64,000 nt of DNA from Camelus dromedarius (lineage: Eukaryota). The notes under the pieces are model-generated. The model searched no databases. It was given only the letters and a program-made list of their open reading frames with translations, and was not told where the DNA came from. Every line of letters begins with the position of its first letter. The stretch's first letter is position 1. Where the stretch lies: the NCBI RefSeq assembly GCF_036321535.1, contig NC_087438.1:4094001-4158000 (forward strand), read 5' to 3'. A program made the position numbers and the translations under genes. Positions 25,665-39,422 of the stretch are shown piece by piece.

Positions 25665-27096
25665 TTGCTCAAGAGGAAATGGTCTGAGAGCAGCTCCCCA
25701 GTAGGGCCCGTTTTGGGACCCAGATGATGCAGCCTAACCTAAAAGCAGGTGACAGCTGATACGCTTATGAAATGCATTATAACAGAAGCAATCTCTGAGA
25801 AATCACCCAGCACTGCAGCTGACCCTCCTGCCGTCTTAATTCAAGGTAGTGAGAACCCAGGTGTGGGGCTCCTCCCAGGTCACGTGGGCATTGGTGCATT
25901 TGGAGGCAGAAGTACCAGCAGCATAGCTGGAAGAGGGGAATCTCAATCAGGCAGTCAGAACAAAGCCTCTGCAGGCTCCCCTCAAATGACTTTAATTTGG
26001 GTTTAGTGTGTGTATTAACAGGCTATCCATCACTCCATCACTCCATCACCCTGTCCTCAGTTCACTCTCTTCTTGTTTTCTCTGCTGCCAAGACCCCACG
26101 GCTCCCAAGTCAAGCCACCACCCTCTCTTCGGGGATGCATTTTCTTGTCACTGTTTTCCCTGGCAACTGCATTGCCCACGCATCCCACTGAACAGATGCA
26201 GGTACAGCCACAAGCTGAGCAGGGGAGTCATCACACTTCTGGGGGAGCCCCATGGTGGCCCTGCTTCCCAGCCCACTGCTGGCTGTGAATCTGCACAAAC
26301 GCGCGACAGCTGGAACATCTCGCAGGGCCCCATGGTGACTTTCTGTCCACTGTCCCGTGTCCCTAGCCCGTCCACCTCCGCCTGCCAAGTCCTCATTTGC
26401 ACCTGCAGCCTTCCCCAAAATGATACCTCTTCTTTGCAAAAGCTGATTCTGAGATTAAAGTGTGTTGAATCCAGTTGTTTATTTTCAAGGATAAAAATAC
26501 CCAACTCAAACCTGCAGCAAAGCCCGGATTCGGTGCACACTGTTCAGGGGACAGCATTCTCTAACACAAGCTATTAGATAGCCAATCTGTAGAAGCAACA
26601 AGGGCATAATTAAATCTCCGGCAGGAGATTCCAATGAAATAATCTAGATGTTAGAAAAAAAATGTTAAAGGAATAAACAAATGAACAGACAAGTCTAGTG
26701 GCTTTGTGGAGCTTGGGATCTAGGTCTGTGTCAGTGCCTTAGCGGTCTCTGCCCCGGTACTGCTTCCTGACCCTTCCAGGACTTGGCTTTTCCATCCATA
26801 TGATGGACACATTCGTGATAAACGTCTCAGACTCCAGCTGGGCTGGGGAATTTGCTTGGACAATAGCCGTAAAACTGTAAAAAGTCTGGAAAACACAAAA
26901 AATCATGAATCACAATTATCCGTTCAATATTTTTAAATCATCAAAGATAATCTGTGTCGCTCTTAAAGTCCCATTGGTGGGAGGGCTCTGGAGAAAAGCA
27001 TCAGCTGAACCCATGGAAACAAGGGGTGTTTGTGGGAAGAGGGGTGCTCGAGGCTCCACCCCACAATCAACATTAACCTACACGTGTAATTAAAGC

Positions 27097-27310
27097 ACTG
27101 GCTCCCAGCTGGCCATTATGTCCCCCCCAGGGAACACTGGGTAATATCCAGGGGCATTTTGATAGGCATTGGCTTTGGCGGGGGCTCCTAGTGGCATGTG
27201 CTGTTGGAGGCCAGGGACGCTGCTGAACACCCTACAACACACAAGACTGACCCTGCGGCAGAGATTTATCCAGCCCGAGATGGCCATGGTGCTGCGGCTG
27301 AGAAACCCTC
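27097..27310. mobile_element. MER20 hAT MITE
   Basis: CCCCCCAGGGAACACTGGGTAATATCCAGGGGCATTTT...GAGGCCAGGGACGCTGCTGAACACCCTACAA...GCTGAGAAACCCT. Confidence 0.75.
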
Positions 27311-29596
27311 ACCAGAGTGACCATAGGGCTCCTCCGCCTCTGTCCGGGAGGGGCCCACTCCAGCCTTGGGCAGTGCTTGAGGTCACACACTTCAGCTGGA
27401 CCAACACCAACCCACCTGGTTCTGGGGAGAAATCCTCTCCTGGCCTTTCAGGTTAAGAGACCTGGACTTATGGTGCATCCACTATAAACGACAGAGAAAT
27501 TACTTGGGAAATAAGCAAAATAAGGAGGGAAATAAAAGGGAATAAATGCTCTTTTCAGACACCAGCTGTCCCACGCCCTGGAACTCGGTGCCGCCAGGTC
27601 GTACTGCCTCCACCTGTGCGGCCACACAGGCGCGGGGGGGTGAAGACAGGGAGTCTCTGTGACCCGGACAAGGAAGCAGCCAAGGAGCACTGTTCACTCA
27701 ACCTTGTGTGCATGTCCCAGGTCCGCTGGATGAACCAAACATGGAACCCTCCTCGCGGAGCTTGCCAGCGAGCAGGGGAGACACCATAAACACAGCAGGA
27801 AAGAAAGAGGAAAGCAAGCTGGGTTAGGGGCTGGAGGGAGGGGTGGGAAGTGAGGACGCAACCTCAGGGGTTGGACACCCTCTCAGCTCTGCAGGATTGG
27901 ATCTGCTGAGGACTGAAGCACCAATTTGCAAGGTCAACCTGAAGAATGGTCCAACGACCCACGTCACTGGCACGATGCCTTTGGCTACTGCCTGAACCCA
28001 CCACGTCCGGCCATAGTTCTGCCCATCTCTGTGTGCCCACCCGTCACATTTCCCAGCTCTCCACTTTGCCAAGGCCGGCTTGGTTCACTCCTTCATCTGG
28101 CCTCAGTCTACAGTCACCCAGCAGCCACACAGTGGGTCACAGCCAGTCCTCTGACCACAGCTGGCATTTAGTTCATGGCTTTTCCTGCTCCCCAAGAGCC
28201 TGGCTGCATTTGGAGTCCATCCAGATCACTTAGCTAGAAAAAACACACGGCACAAAGAAAAGAACTGCGAATTGAAAAGAGCTTAAATAAGCTGGCATCC
28301 GTGGGTGGGCACCCGTTTCCAGATAGCTTTATCTCTGCAGTTCACGCCCTCTGGCTGTGAGCAATTTCAAGGCTGACGGGGTAGCAACCGGCAGACATTC
28401 TTCAGGCTGTTGTCGATTTCTCCCTGAGCTGCTGCAGGAGCCTCAGCAGAGAGATAGCTTTCATGTTCATCTCCCACCTCATTAGGTCAAATCAAACCTT
28501 TCCAGGGCCAGGGCCCTGTTCCCAGCTCGGGAACAAGCACTTCCCCCATGTCACTGCATTGTTCTGATGCACCATGGTCTTGTTTATCAGGAACCCGTGG
28601 AGCAGAGCATCTGCATTTGGTGCAGGGAGAGCTGTGGCCACCAGAATGTCCCAGACTTCATCCATCTTGCCAGAATGTGACAGCCTGAGGCCACTCCCTC
28701 TTGAGCAGACTGTCTGCACCTCTCTCCTGCCACCTTTCTGCCAGAAGTGGATCACCTCTGCCTACCCTCCAGTCTCCAGTGGGACCTCATCTCCGGGTCT
28801 TGTCCACCCTCAGCCCTGTGGGTTTCAAGCTTGACTTGCTCACTGGCTGGCTGTGGGCCTCAGACAAGCCAAGGGACCTCTCTGTGCCCCAGCTACACAT
28901 CCTCAAGTGTGAAATGAAAACCATACACCACCAAGCACCCTGCCTTCTGCAGGGACAGCTAACCGCCAGGAGTTAGCCAGGCAAAGGCAGCTCCAGGATG
29001 CCGGTGAGGAGTCACAGGTAATCATCACCCACATATATCTAGACCTCGCTTTTCAAAGGACATCTACCATCTCTTCTTAATCCTGTTGTAGGGTTGTCCC
29101 TTGGGTGAGATCATGAGGATTTATCTTCGCATCCCCCATCTGTCCCCTGCAATCACTGGAGCCAATTGGAAAAGCCCCTTCCTTGCTTCTTCAAGGACAA
29201 AATAAATGTTGACTAGGGCCTGAGCCAGCCTGAAATCTCAAAGGAGATGATAAATATTGGCAGAAGGAACTGATTAATAAAAGAGTGAATCAAAGTGCCC
29301 AGTACTGACCGGGCTGTGTTTTATCACTGAGCTGCTGTGGGCAGATCAGGACAGATCCCAGGGGACACTCAGAGGTCCAGACCAAGTCTAGACTTCATCA
29401 TCCACTTGAGAGTATGAAACAGCCCTCATTCCGGGCTACCGCAGAAATACATCCATTCATCTGATGTTACTGAGTCCCTTTTGTGCTGGGAATTGAAGAG
29501 ACAGAGACAGACAAAGGGCAGCGGCAGATAAAGGCAGAAGGATGTGAAGGCGGTGAATTTAATGCCGAGTAACTCTGAAGAGTCTATAGGCATTGG

Positions 29597-29791
29597 TTCC
29601 TTCCTTCTTTCCTTCCTTCCTTCCTTCCTTCTTTCCTTCCTTCCTTCCTTCCTTCTTTCCTTCCTTCCTTCCTTCCTTCCTTCTTTCCTTCCTTCCTTCC
29701 TTCCTTCTTTCCTTCCTTCCTTCCCTCCTTCTTTCCTTCCTTCCTTCCCTCCTTCTTTCCTTCCTTCCTTCCTTCCTTCCTTCCTCCCTCC
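29597..29791. repeat. (TTCC)n / (GGAA)n microsatellite with TTTC and TCCC interruptions
   Basis: Direct observation, about 195 bp pure pyrimidine strand. Confidence 0.97.
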
Positions 29792-29904
29792 ACCAGTGAG
29801 TGCTCACTGAAGGCCTCTGCACCAGGCGTCAGCTCCTCTTTTATTCTGCTGCGCCATCTCTTCCTGTAGGACTGATCATCTTCCACAATGCAAATTAATG
29901 GTTT

Positions 29905-30010
29905 CATTTATTGTATCTGTGAAGGCAGGGACCTTGGTCTGATTCACTCATTGCTGTTCCCCGGGCACCTAGAATATGGCACACGGTAGGTGAGAGTAAC
30001 TATTTCGTAG
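29905..30010 (+). mobile_element. L2 3' end relic
   Basis: TGTGAAGGCAGGGACCTTGGTCTGATTCACT...GGCACCTAGAATATGGCACACGGTAGGTG. Confidence 0.6.
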
Positions 30011-31500
30011 TAAGTTAAGTTTGCCTCTCCAAGGCTGAAACCACAGACACATCATTCAGTGTACCTGATGCTGAGATCTCTTGTCTCCCAGACCTTCGCT
30101 CCAGCCCAGTCTGCCTGATCCAGACGCTTTGCCCCTGAATTCTGCAGCTCTGCTTAGCCCATTTGGGCTGAAAGCTTGGCTGGACTCTACCTGGATGAGA
30201 CGCAGGGAATGAGGAGAAAGTGAAGGGAGGGGCAGGGAAAGGGTGCATGTTGGGCGTCTGCTCTGGCCTTGGGGAGGCAGTGCAGCTGGGACAAGGGACA
30301 GTACCACTCTTTCCATCTCCCACTCGTTTCTCTGTAAGGCACCCAATCTTGGTCTTTGAAGGCACTTAAAACACAGCCGTTTTGCTTCCTAGGTCACCAG
30401 CCCCTCCCTGTTCATCCCACCACAGGTTTCTACACTCGCTGATGCGCTGCGTGCTAAGCCCTGGGTCAGAGAAGGGGGTTGTGGACACCAAAGCCCAGCT
30501 GGTGCCACCCCCAGACTCGAGGTCTAGGAAGGGCAGCAGCGGTGGAGGAACAGCAGTGACGCCGCGGCGGGAAGGCATCGCACTCGCAGGTGCCGGAGGG
30601 ACCCAGGACGGGGTACCTGGCCAGACCGGGGTGCCCGCAAAGGCATCTGGAGGAGGTGGGAGCTGAGCTGTGTCTTGAAGACTGAGGAGATGAGAACAAG
30701 CGTGTTGTGAAAGGGCAGCTCCTGATGGAAAAAGAGGAACCTGAGAGTCGACACTCACAGAGCCCCCCAAGCTCAGTGCGCAAGAGGAAGCTTCCAGGAG
30801 GATGGGGGACGTGGAAACCGGTTCGGAGGGGTGCTGCCTGCTTACTGAGGAGCGGGGAGTTTATCCTGGGAGGATGTTCACTATTAGAGGCAGATTCACT
30901 GTTAGATCAGATTGTGCTTTCGAATTGCACGGGGGCCTGGAGCAGAGATGCCTCAGGAGACAAACTTCTGCTGTGTCATCTTCCTGCCCGTAAACAGGGG
31001 GAAAAGACCATTCACCTACTTTCAGGACGTGCCATCGCTGGCCGTGATGCTTACTGGGATTTTGCAGGAAAAGAGGAGGAATGTATAAGTCTGTTTTAAC
31101 CTTGTGTTTCATAGCACTGAGCACAATTCACAAAGAACATTCTGAGAAGTAAAAAAAAAATTACGCCTTAGGGGTTCGGGGCAGCTATGCATTCAGGTAC
31201 TCTGTCGTCTAAGAGCAGAGGACGATCTCCACCCAGGGTGGCCTATTGAAACGAGTGTCTCCACTTCATTTCCACACACATGCAGATTACACATTAGGCA
31301 AAACTTCAATTATTCAGGAAGCAAACCAGTATTTCCTAAGGAATAAATTAAATTAATGCAACCTTGTATTTTACGGACTGATCTATTACATCATCCCTTA
31401 GAATTAATTTAGTTCTCATTTTTCCCTTCTATGAAGCTCAGAATTCTACCAAAAGTTTTGCTATCAGACTGCTATTCCAAAACCAGCCCTTGAGATAAAG

Positions 31501-31543
<43 letters not shown>

Positions 31544-31544
<1 letters not shown>

Positions 31545-32022
31545 GCAATAGGGAAGAATAGATGTCTCCATACAGAACCTATTGCTTTTATTTTAACCTT
31601 TGTATTCTATTGCTTTTGCTACAAGTTAGTCACTAAGAGGATGTTGCCTATAGGCTTAAATTGCACATAATGGCCTATCTCTGGAAGCCCTGCCTCCCAG
31701 GTAATGAGTGTTAAGCTAAAATACCTTTTCTTCAGCTCACAGGAAACACCCTGACCAGGCCCACTTGGGAATGACTGCAGGATGGAAGAAATTAACACAT
31801 CTCCTCCAGAGGCTGAACAGAAATAGACAATGTTTGTTCTTTACTCCCTCCCCCTTTAGCATAAAGAAGCATGCATTCTAACTCTGGCAAGTCGGCTCTT
31901 TGGGACACTCTTCTCGATCTGCTGACTTTCTGAAGAAAGTCACTATTCCTTGCCCCAGCAGCTTGTCTCTCGGTTTGTTGGTCTGTTGTGGGGCGAGCAG
32001 TATGAGCTTGGACTCAGTAACA
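31544..32022 (+). mobile_element. ERV1-type solo LTR
   Basis: TG...CA termini (TGCAATAGGGAAG...CTCAGTAACA); 3' end GCGAGCAGTATGAGCTTGGACTCAGTAACA resembles the 9.2 kb LTR end; flanks TATA/AATA (3 of 4 TSD match); preceded by a (TA)/(CA) microsatellite. Confidence 0.75.
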
Positions 32023-33049
32023 AATAGACAAATTAAATCACAGTACAGATCATTCGCGTGGACATGCTTACTGTCATTTAAAATAACAAATTGGAAAAAA
32101 CCATATAAAATCCAGCCTAAGCTTACTTAGTGTAGCACCTGACATGTAAGTTTTCTGGGTCATTCACTTAACCCTGATGGAAACCTCATAGGTGGCATGT
32201 AGCCTATAGTCTTATACACAGTGGGATAAAATTTCTTCGTTAATATAACAGCAAGTTCAGAGCTGGGACTGATTCTTGGGGCCTGATATCAAGAGCTAAC
32301 TGGTGTCTCCACTGGATCAATAGTTCCATTTGGTGACAATATCTTAGTCCCTTAAGTTAATCAATGCATTCTGTTAAGTACATATTTTCATAAAATATAT
32401 ATATGATTTCAACCATCCTTTTCATCTTCTTTTTGCCACTTGTCATGAACTTTTCAAACCAGATTTTATAGGACTGATTTAGGTGAAAGCTGACTTACTA
32501 GCAATGGCTTAAAGTTTAGCATTCAGAGGAAGTATATTCAGTGTCAAGAGGGAAATTCAAAAGCAACTTATCCATAATTTGGTGCAAAAAAGAAAAAAGA
32601 GTTGATATCTAGAGCATTTGGACTCAAACAGAATGCCTTCCATTAGATTTTTGAATAGCCTGGGAATAAGTGAGGCGGATCAGTATCCCGTCCTTTTTCT
32701 ACATGTGGACGGAGGTGAGGTGAAGGAGAATCAACCCATCTCGAAGCAGCATCAGGCTTCTTGTTTCTGTGCTGGCCCTGGAGTTGAAGATTGAGGGGAA
32801 GGCTTCAACAACGAAGCACAACAACTTGCTATTGTTTGTAACAAATCAACCTTGACTGGTTGTCAAGGGCCATCTAAAGGCCAGCAGGATGGATGGGCAT
32901 TTCTAGCGGTCCCAGGTGTGAGTCATAATGACAGAGCAATGGAGCCATAATTCAAAATGTTACTGAAACATCCTTGAACTTTTTTATATGTTCAGAGAAT
33001 GCCCAAGTGACACGAAATAGAGGAGGAGGTGCTATTAGTGTTACAAGTT

Positions 33050-33245
33050 AGACTGGAGCTAGACTGCCTGGGGCGAGTCTTTGCTTAGCCACTGCTGTTG
33101 GACCTTGGGCAGGTTATTTTACCTCTATTTGCCTCAATTTCCTCATCTGTGAAACGGGAGGCTGAGTAGTACCTTCTTCCTAAGGTTGCTTTGCAGATAA
33201 ACGAGTTTATAAGAATGCCAGGCACACAGCACTGCCAATGTTGTT
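33050..33245 (+). mobile_element. MIR SINE relic
   Basis: ACTGGAGCTAGACTGCCTGGG...GACCTTGGGCAGGTTATTTTACCTCTATTTGCCTCAATTTCCTCATCTGTGAAACGGG. Confidence 0.8.
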
Positions 33246-33929
33246 ATTCTTAAGATGGAGGAAAAATTAGAAGAAGTTTGAGTGGCCATTTTTTTTAGTA
33301 TGTTATTTTTTTCAAGAAGATGGATGCTGAGAAGGAATCGGGTAACGAGGGAATAACACCCACTGGGTGAGATGTTAAACCTGCATGGGAGGGGGTGGAT
33401 TTCTTTCTTGGTTCCCCTGCAAAACCTACCATAATATTAACGAGCTAGCACATCAGCAATTGATGACCAGTCACAGGTGACGGATTGTCCCAAGAAGGCA
33501 AGCTTGGGAAAAATCTGCTTTGGGGGAATGACTGGATCTTCGGGCTACAAATCGCTACCAACCAGGTGATGTGTCTGGTGGGGACGGTGGCTCTCGTGCC
33601 AGCTCCTGCTTGATGGGCTCCACACTCACTCTCCAACACCTGGCTGCACATTTTATGAGCACAACCTTTGAAGAGAGGCCTCCGTCCTAATCCCAGGGCC
33701 CTGGCCCTTGCTGGTCCTCTGCTGGGAACTACTGCCCCACACTATTTGTCTGCATCTCAGAAATGACGTCACTTGCCCTGAGGGCTCTCCCAGACCAGGC
33801 TGGTTCTCATCATTGCTGGCAATTTCATTCCTCCATGCTTCACCTTGGTTGATACCTTCTGGTAGGTGGTGAACCCAAGATGACACGGTTGTGTCTGGCC
33901 AAAATGTTGGCCTGCAACAGACGCCATGT

Positions 33930-34470
33930 GAACAACTGTTTAGTGAACTGTGGGTGCCTTGCAGCCAAAACTCATTAAGGATGAGCAGAATCAGTTTTAC
34001 TGGCTTGTTGCAACAAGGGAGAACATGCACTGTGGGGGATGCGGGCTCCTCTGAATGAGTCGGGTAGAAAGACTTGTAAGAATGGAGCTCTGGTTAGGTG
34101 ATTCTGGGGAAGTTTTGAGAAAGCTGGAATTTGTTCTGGATTTAATGCTGTCGAGATGGGAGTAAGTCTATGACTGAGTGTCTTACTACCTTATCTAGAA
34201 GATCAGAACAATACAACATGTCCAAAGATATAATTACTAAACTGCAGTCACTCCCAGCAGCCGGGACTGGGTGCTCTGCTTATGGGTGCAGCTGGGCAGT
34301 GTCCACGTTGTTGTCTGTGCCCAGACACGGTTATCGAGCGGTCCTGTGATCTCAGGCTCCATCAGGCTCCCAGAGCTGCTTCTCTCCTGCTCGTCTGGAA
34401 GATCTCAGTGTCCAGCCAGGGACATCAAATCCTGGCTGATCAAATCAGGCCAGTTCAGGTGCCTGGGCTG
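33930..34470. mobile_element. ancient LTR-like fragment (family uncertain)
   Basis: GTTTTACTGGCTTGTTGCAACAAGGGAGAACATGCAC... resembles an antisense old ERV LTR; boundaries uncertain. Confidence 0.35.
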
Positions 34471-34713
34471 ATTTTCTCACTCTTAGAATAAAGTGGGAGA
34501 GGGTTGAACAGTCTTTATTCAGCCACATTTTCTTCCACTTTTCTTCAGCCTGCTCTGGGCTCCTCTGTAAATCCCAGGTCATGACTGTAGCTTTGGGTTT
34601 CTGAATTCTTCCTCCTGTAGAAACTGAGCGGCCTACTCGCCTCCCTCACGTAGGGGCTGGTTTCATCATTTGCTGCTGTGACCTGTTCCCTCTCCCTGTC
34701 ACTGCCTTTTCAG

Positions 34714-34855
34714 AGCGAAACCTAAGTTGCTGAAATCAAAGCGTAACTTTAGAGACGTCCCTTACAAACAACCCTACCGCTTCTTAAACTCAACACTAAA
34801 AATGGATTTCCATACGCACCTTTTCAGTAAAGTGACACAGTATGCCCTGTTTCAG
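34714..34855 (+). other. candidate 142-nt internal exon (unknown transcript)
   Basis: Acceptor CCCTCTCCCTGTCACTGCCTTTTCAG|A, donor CAG|GTAAAA; one open frame (AKPKLLKSKRNF...YALFQ), no homolog recognised. Confidence 0.25.
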
Positions 34856-37800
34856 GTAAAACGGGGCTCTCCTCAGCAATGCACGCTAACAGCAGTGAAC
34901 CATGAGCACAGCAGGTTGCGAGGGAGATGCCTGCAGTTGCGTGCTGTTTACCTCTTGTCGAAGTTCACTGAATTGGAGAGGCAAGTCGTCTCTGTAAAAT
35001 GAAGGGGGGAAATATCTCTCCCGACTGGCTAATGCCGAACTGAGCAGACCGCCACAAGCCCAGTGCCCCCTCGTCAGCGGTGCCCGGAGAAGTTAGGGAT
35101 GTGGGTGACATGAGCACAAGTGCATTCTGCTGCGTGCGTATAAGGAGAGATCTTAGAAGCAACAGAAGCCAGAAGAGAGTGCAGGCTGCTTACAAGAATT
35201 CAGTGCAGACCAGGGCCACGTCACATGCTCTTTTCTCTACCCTACACCTAAACACGGATCGACTAGGGGACCCGGGGCCCATGCGCATCTCATCCTGCTG
35301 GCGCCAGGCAAGCGTGTACGTGACCCACAGAGCGGGCAGGAGAGAATTTTATCAGGTCTCCTTACTCTACAGCAGACACACTTGTCCCCACAAGCCTGGA
35401 CCTCTGGAAGGGGCGCTCATGGCTCTAAACACTCCCACCTCTGGAGTCGCAGCGCCCCCAACAGTCATCTCTTCAGTAGGCAAAGAAGTTAAGAGGCTCC
35501 CTGGTTGCTCACAGGGACAGCCGCATCCATCTCAGTACAGGGTTATGAGGGCTTGCCGATGCTTAGTCCTGGAGGCCAGCTAAGTGGCCCTCGGGAGGGC
35601 AGGGTCCTCTCGCTCCTGCTAGATTTGCCGCTTGGGGAAAGCTTAGTTCTGGAATTGCAGGCTTGTGAAGGGACCTGCTTGCCTCTGGCAGCTTCAGTTT
35701 GAATCTCTCTCCTTTGTGAGGGGCAGACACGGGGGAACACGCTGACTGTTCCCTCAGATGCTCCTCCTGTGCAGACTTTGTGAGGTTGGAGAAAGGAGGA
35801 GGGGAGGAGGCAAAGCAGGGCTTGGGGGAGCAAGGGCCCCACATGTGTCCCTAGAACCCTCTCCTCCCCAGCTCGAGAGCACTATGGACTCTGCCTCTAC
35901 CACGTTCCCGAGGGATGCATGGCCCCTGACCCCAAGGGGGTGCTGTGTGGAGCAGAACCCTGGCCCCGACAAAGAAGGCAGTGAAACAGATTGCTGCTAC
36001 CTATCAGAAATAAGAGAACTGGTCAACCCGCTCAGGCTTGGTTGAGCCTTGCCCGGAGGAAAGGCAAGTACAGTGATGATGCTGTGCCCTATGGAACTGA
36101 AATGAGTTAAATGCATTAGCTTGATTTTGTCCCTTTTCAATTTCCCAAATGTAACAAGCAAGAATAAACTATTTTAAAAAGAAACCTGAATGACCTCATG
36201 ATTTGCAAGAGAACAGAGTGCATTAACACTAACACATGGAGACACAGGGACTGTTCCTTTTCACAGACTCATTAAGATGGGAAATGAGTTTCTTTGCACA
36301 TTAGCGCCCTACACATACCCTGCAAAAGGAAGATAAAATTAATTTATGGAGGTTGTTCCCAGTCTTGAAATTCAGAGCAGACAGTGTTTGTCTGCAAGCC
36401 TTCCAGAAGGCTTTTGCTTACTTAGGTTTGAAAACACCTTTGATGTGGCTAGGGTCTGACCCCGGGGGAGGAGAGTGATTGGCTCCAGAATCCCACAGGA
36501 TCAACTCTGAGTGTATTGGAGTTAAAGCTCAGCTTCAAGTCATGCATACCATATGTTGCTGCCTCCAAGTCTCTTAAAACCAGCTATTCATTTCAAACAG
36601 AAATGAAATTTCCCAACATGCTGAACTTGGCATGATGTCTGTGCTTTTGTTGAATGTTAAACTCTTTGGTGCTGAACTTCACAGGAAAAAAAACCAAAAA
36701 ACAAAAAAAACCCTGCTTTCTGTAATCAGATGGGACTTGCATGTAGGCTGCTCCTTTTCCACCATGAGACAGTTTATTTCATCTGAATTTTAGTTCAGAA
36801 AATTTGCTTTAGCAAAATATCTTGGTTTCCATAACCACAAAGCAGTGAATTACATTTAGGGAAGCCAATGCATACAGCGTTCTACATTATACCAAGTTTT
36901 TCCTATTGATCACTCAGTTTACAGGGTGTTTAGGAAAGGCAATTTAGGCGATCAGCATGATGGTACCATAATGATACTCAGACATGATGAAACGTTTTAA
37001 GTGAGGTGCACATTTTAACAACTTAGAATGTAACCTCTAATTTTTCGGTTTCGGTTGTGCATGTTTCTTTTGATTGGAAGGAGGTCTCTGATTTCCCAAG
37101 GGGGTGCACAGCACCTTTCCTGCCTCCATCAGTATGTTGACCTTGTCTTCTTTTCTAGAAAGCGCTAGCCTTCCTTTGGTTTACAACCATCTTCATTAAT
37201 TAAATACACCATTAGGGAGAAATTCATATCATTTTTGAAAAAACAAACCAAAAGACAAAAGGACTCTGGATTTATGCCCCCACCATCCACTCAAGTACAA
37301 ACAGAGCTTCCTTGTTAAATAAATCCTTTGAGATAATTAAGGAACATTTAACACTAAAAATATGATATTAAGCAAAACCAAATAAAAAATAGACATTGCT
37401 ATAAACTAAAACCAAACTTTGTTCATAGTCTTGATTTATATGCAGTTCTTGCTGTAACATGTTTTAATCCTGCTAATTGGAAGTACTAGTATTTTGAAAA
37501 AAAAATATTTCACAAGATGCTTCATGAACATACGAAACACACTGGGAGCTATGTCTCCCCTCAGAGATTGTCTGAGTTTTTAAACCTGTTTCTTGTAGGA
37601 CACCCATTTCCTCTGGTATATGGGGGTCTTCAGTCCCAGACCCCAGATGTCTTTGCCTCTGACCTTCCCCCAGTGTTTGGAAGAAGAAATATGCGTTGCC
37701 CCTCACCTTTATTTTTCCAGAGCCCTGCTGTGCTCTGTGATTCTGCTTCCTGGCTTCCAGGAGACAAGAAAGCATCTCCTTGGCGCTGCTCAGTGAGGGG

Positions 37801-38004
37801 GGTCCTCTGACCCACCTCAAGGGGGCACAGCAGGAAGACGGCAGTGGGTTGAGGAGCTCCTGACATTGCCACATGCAAGAAAAGTTCCACGACATTCTCC
37901 ATCCTGTGGATGTCATTTCTACCTAAAGATTTAATCCAATATGGTGAAGACAGGCCTGTAACTTCTCTCCATCTGTAATCTTGTACTGCTTAAATTAGGG
38001 ACCC

Positions 38005-38677
38005 CTAGACTTAACATATGATCCAGCAATTCCACTCCTGGGCATATGTCTGGAGGGAACTCAAATTTGAAAAGATCCATGCACCCCATTATTCATAGCA
38101 GCACTATATACAATAGCCAAGACATGGAAAAACCTAAATGTCTATCAACAGATGACTGGATAAAGAAGCTTTGTATATTTATACAATGGAATGCTACTCA
38201 ACCATAAAAAAGAAAGAAATAATAACATTTGCAGCAACATGGATGGACCTGGAGATCATCATTCTAAGCGAAGTAAGCCAGAAAGAGAAATAAAAATTCC
38301 ACATGATATAACTCATATGTGGAATCTGAAAAAAAGAAGAAGAAGAAGAAGAAGAAGAAGACACTAATGAGCTTACTGACAAAACAGAAACAGACTCACA
38401 GACATAGGAAACAAACTTCCGGTTATGGAGAGAAAGGGGTGGGAAGAGATAAATTGGGAGGTTGAGATTTGCAGAAACTAACAACTATATGTAAAACAGA
38501 TAAAAAAACAAAATTTTTCTGTATAACACAGGGAACTATAGTCAATGTCTTATAATAATCTATAAAGAAAAAGAATATGAAAACAATTATAGATACGTAT
38601 ATGTATGGCTGAAACATTGTGCTGTGCACCAGAAATTGACACATTGTAACTCACTATACTTCAATTTAAATAAAAAA

Positions 38678-38720
<43 letters not shown>
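38005..38720 (+). mobile_element. LINE-1 3' fragment with (GAA)n insert and (TAAA)n tail
   Basis: CATATGATCCAGCAATTCCACTCCTGGG...3'UTR...; approximate TSD AAAT(T)AGGGACC at about 37992-38003 and 38719-38729. Confidence 0.92.
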
Positions 38721-39189
38721 ATAGGGACCACCCCCCCAAGAAGAATGTGGGATTATGCAAAGAAGAACTGGAGACCTGAGAAGAATTTCGGGTAATGGGG
38801 AGGTATGCCCTGGGCATGGTGCCGAGGGTCGATGCAACTGCCCTACACAACCTGCTGAGAAAGTCAGGGTTGCTGACAGACTGGAGGATGGGGCTGGGTG
38901 GGGAGTGTGTCTCTTTAGAGAAAAAGTCCAAGACTCTGCAATGAACCAAAGCTTGGAGTTGGATGTGGCTAGAGGGAAGTCTCCAGAAGTAGTGGGAGCT
39001 AAAAATACTTTGAGGTCAGTGATGCATATTATTATTATGCAATAGTAACCTGTTTGCTATGCTACGATGTGCTTCCTTCCCTCATTAAATCCAATGTTTA
39101 TTTTATTTCTAGAAGAAAACTCAGACTCATAAGATTTGGGGGGATGCACATATTAGTGGGGGTTTTCCAGCTACGTGAACAATCATGGA

Positions 39190-39422
39190 CACACCACCAA
39201 GCATGGGAACACTCCTACATACAACAAGTGGACACATACAGCTCACAAACACACACACACAAACTCACTGATTCACACACGGACATATCACACACTGACA
39301 CACAACCACGCGCTCACATGCTCAGACACACAACCAGTGACACATTTACACACTCATGCACACTCGAATGTACACTCACACTCACATATGCACTTCCACA
39401 CATACTCTTACACACACACACA
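39190..39422. repeat. degenerate (CA)-rich low-complexity tract
   Basis: Direct observation. Confidence 0.85.

Noticed and set aside
26008..26577. 189-aa ORF (also 17168..17704 and 35080..35583)
   Set aside because: Non-ATG starts, Ser/Pro/Leu/Cys-rich composition typical of chance ORFs in GC-richer DNA, overlapping ORFs in several frames, no homology recognised
29544..29907. ORFs with PSFL / EGRK repeats
   Set aside because: Translations of the (TTCC)n microsatellite
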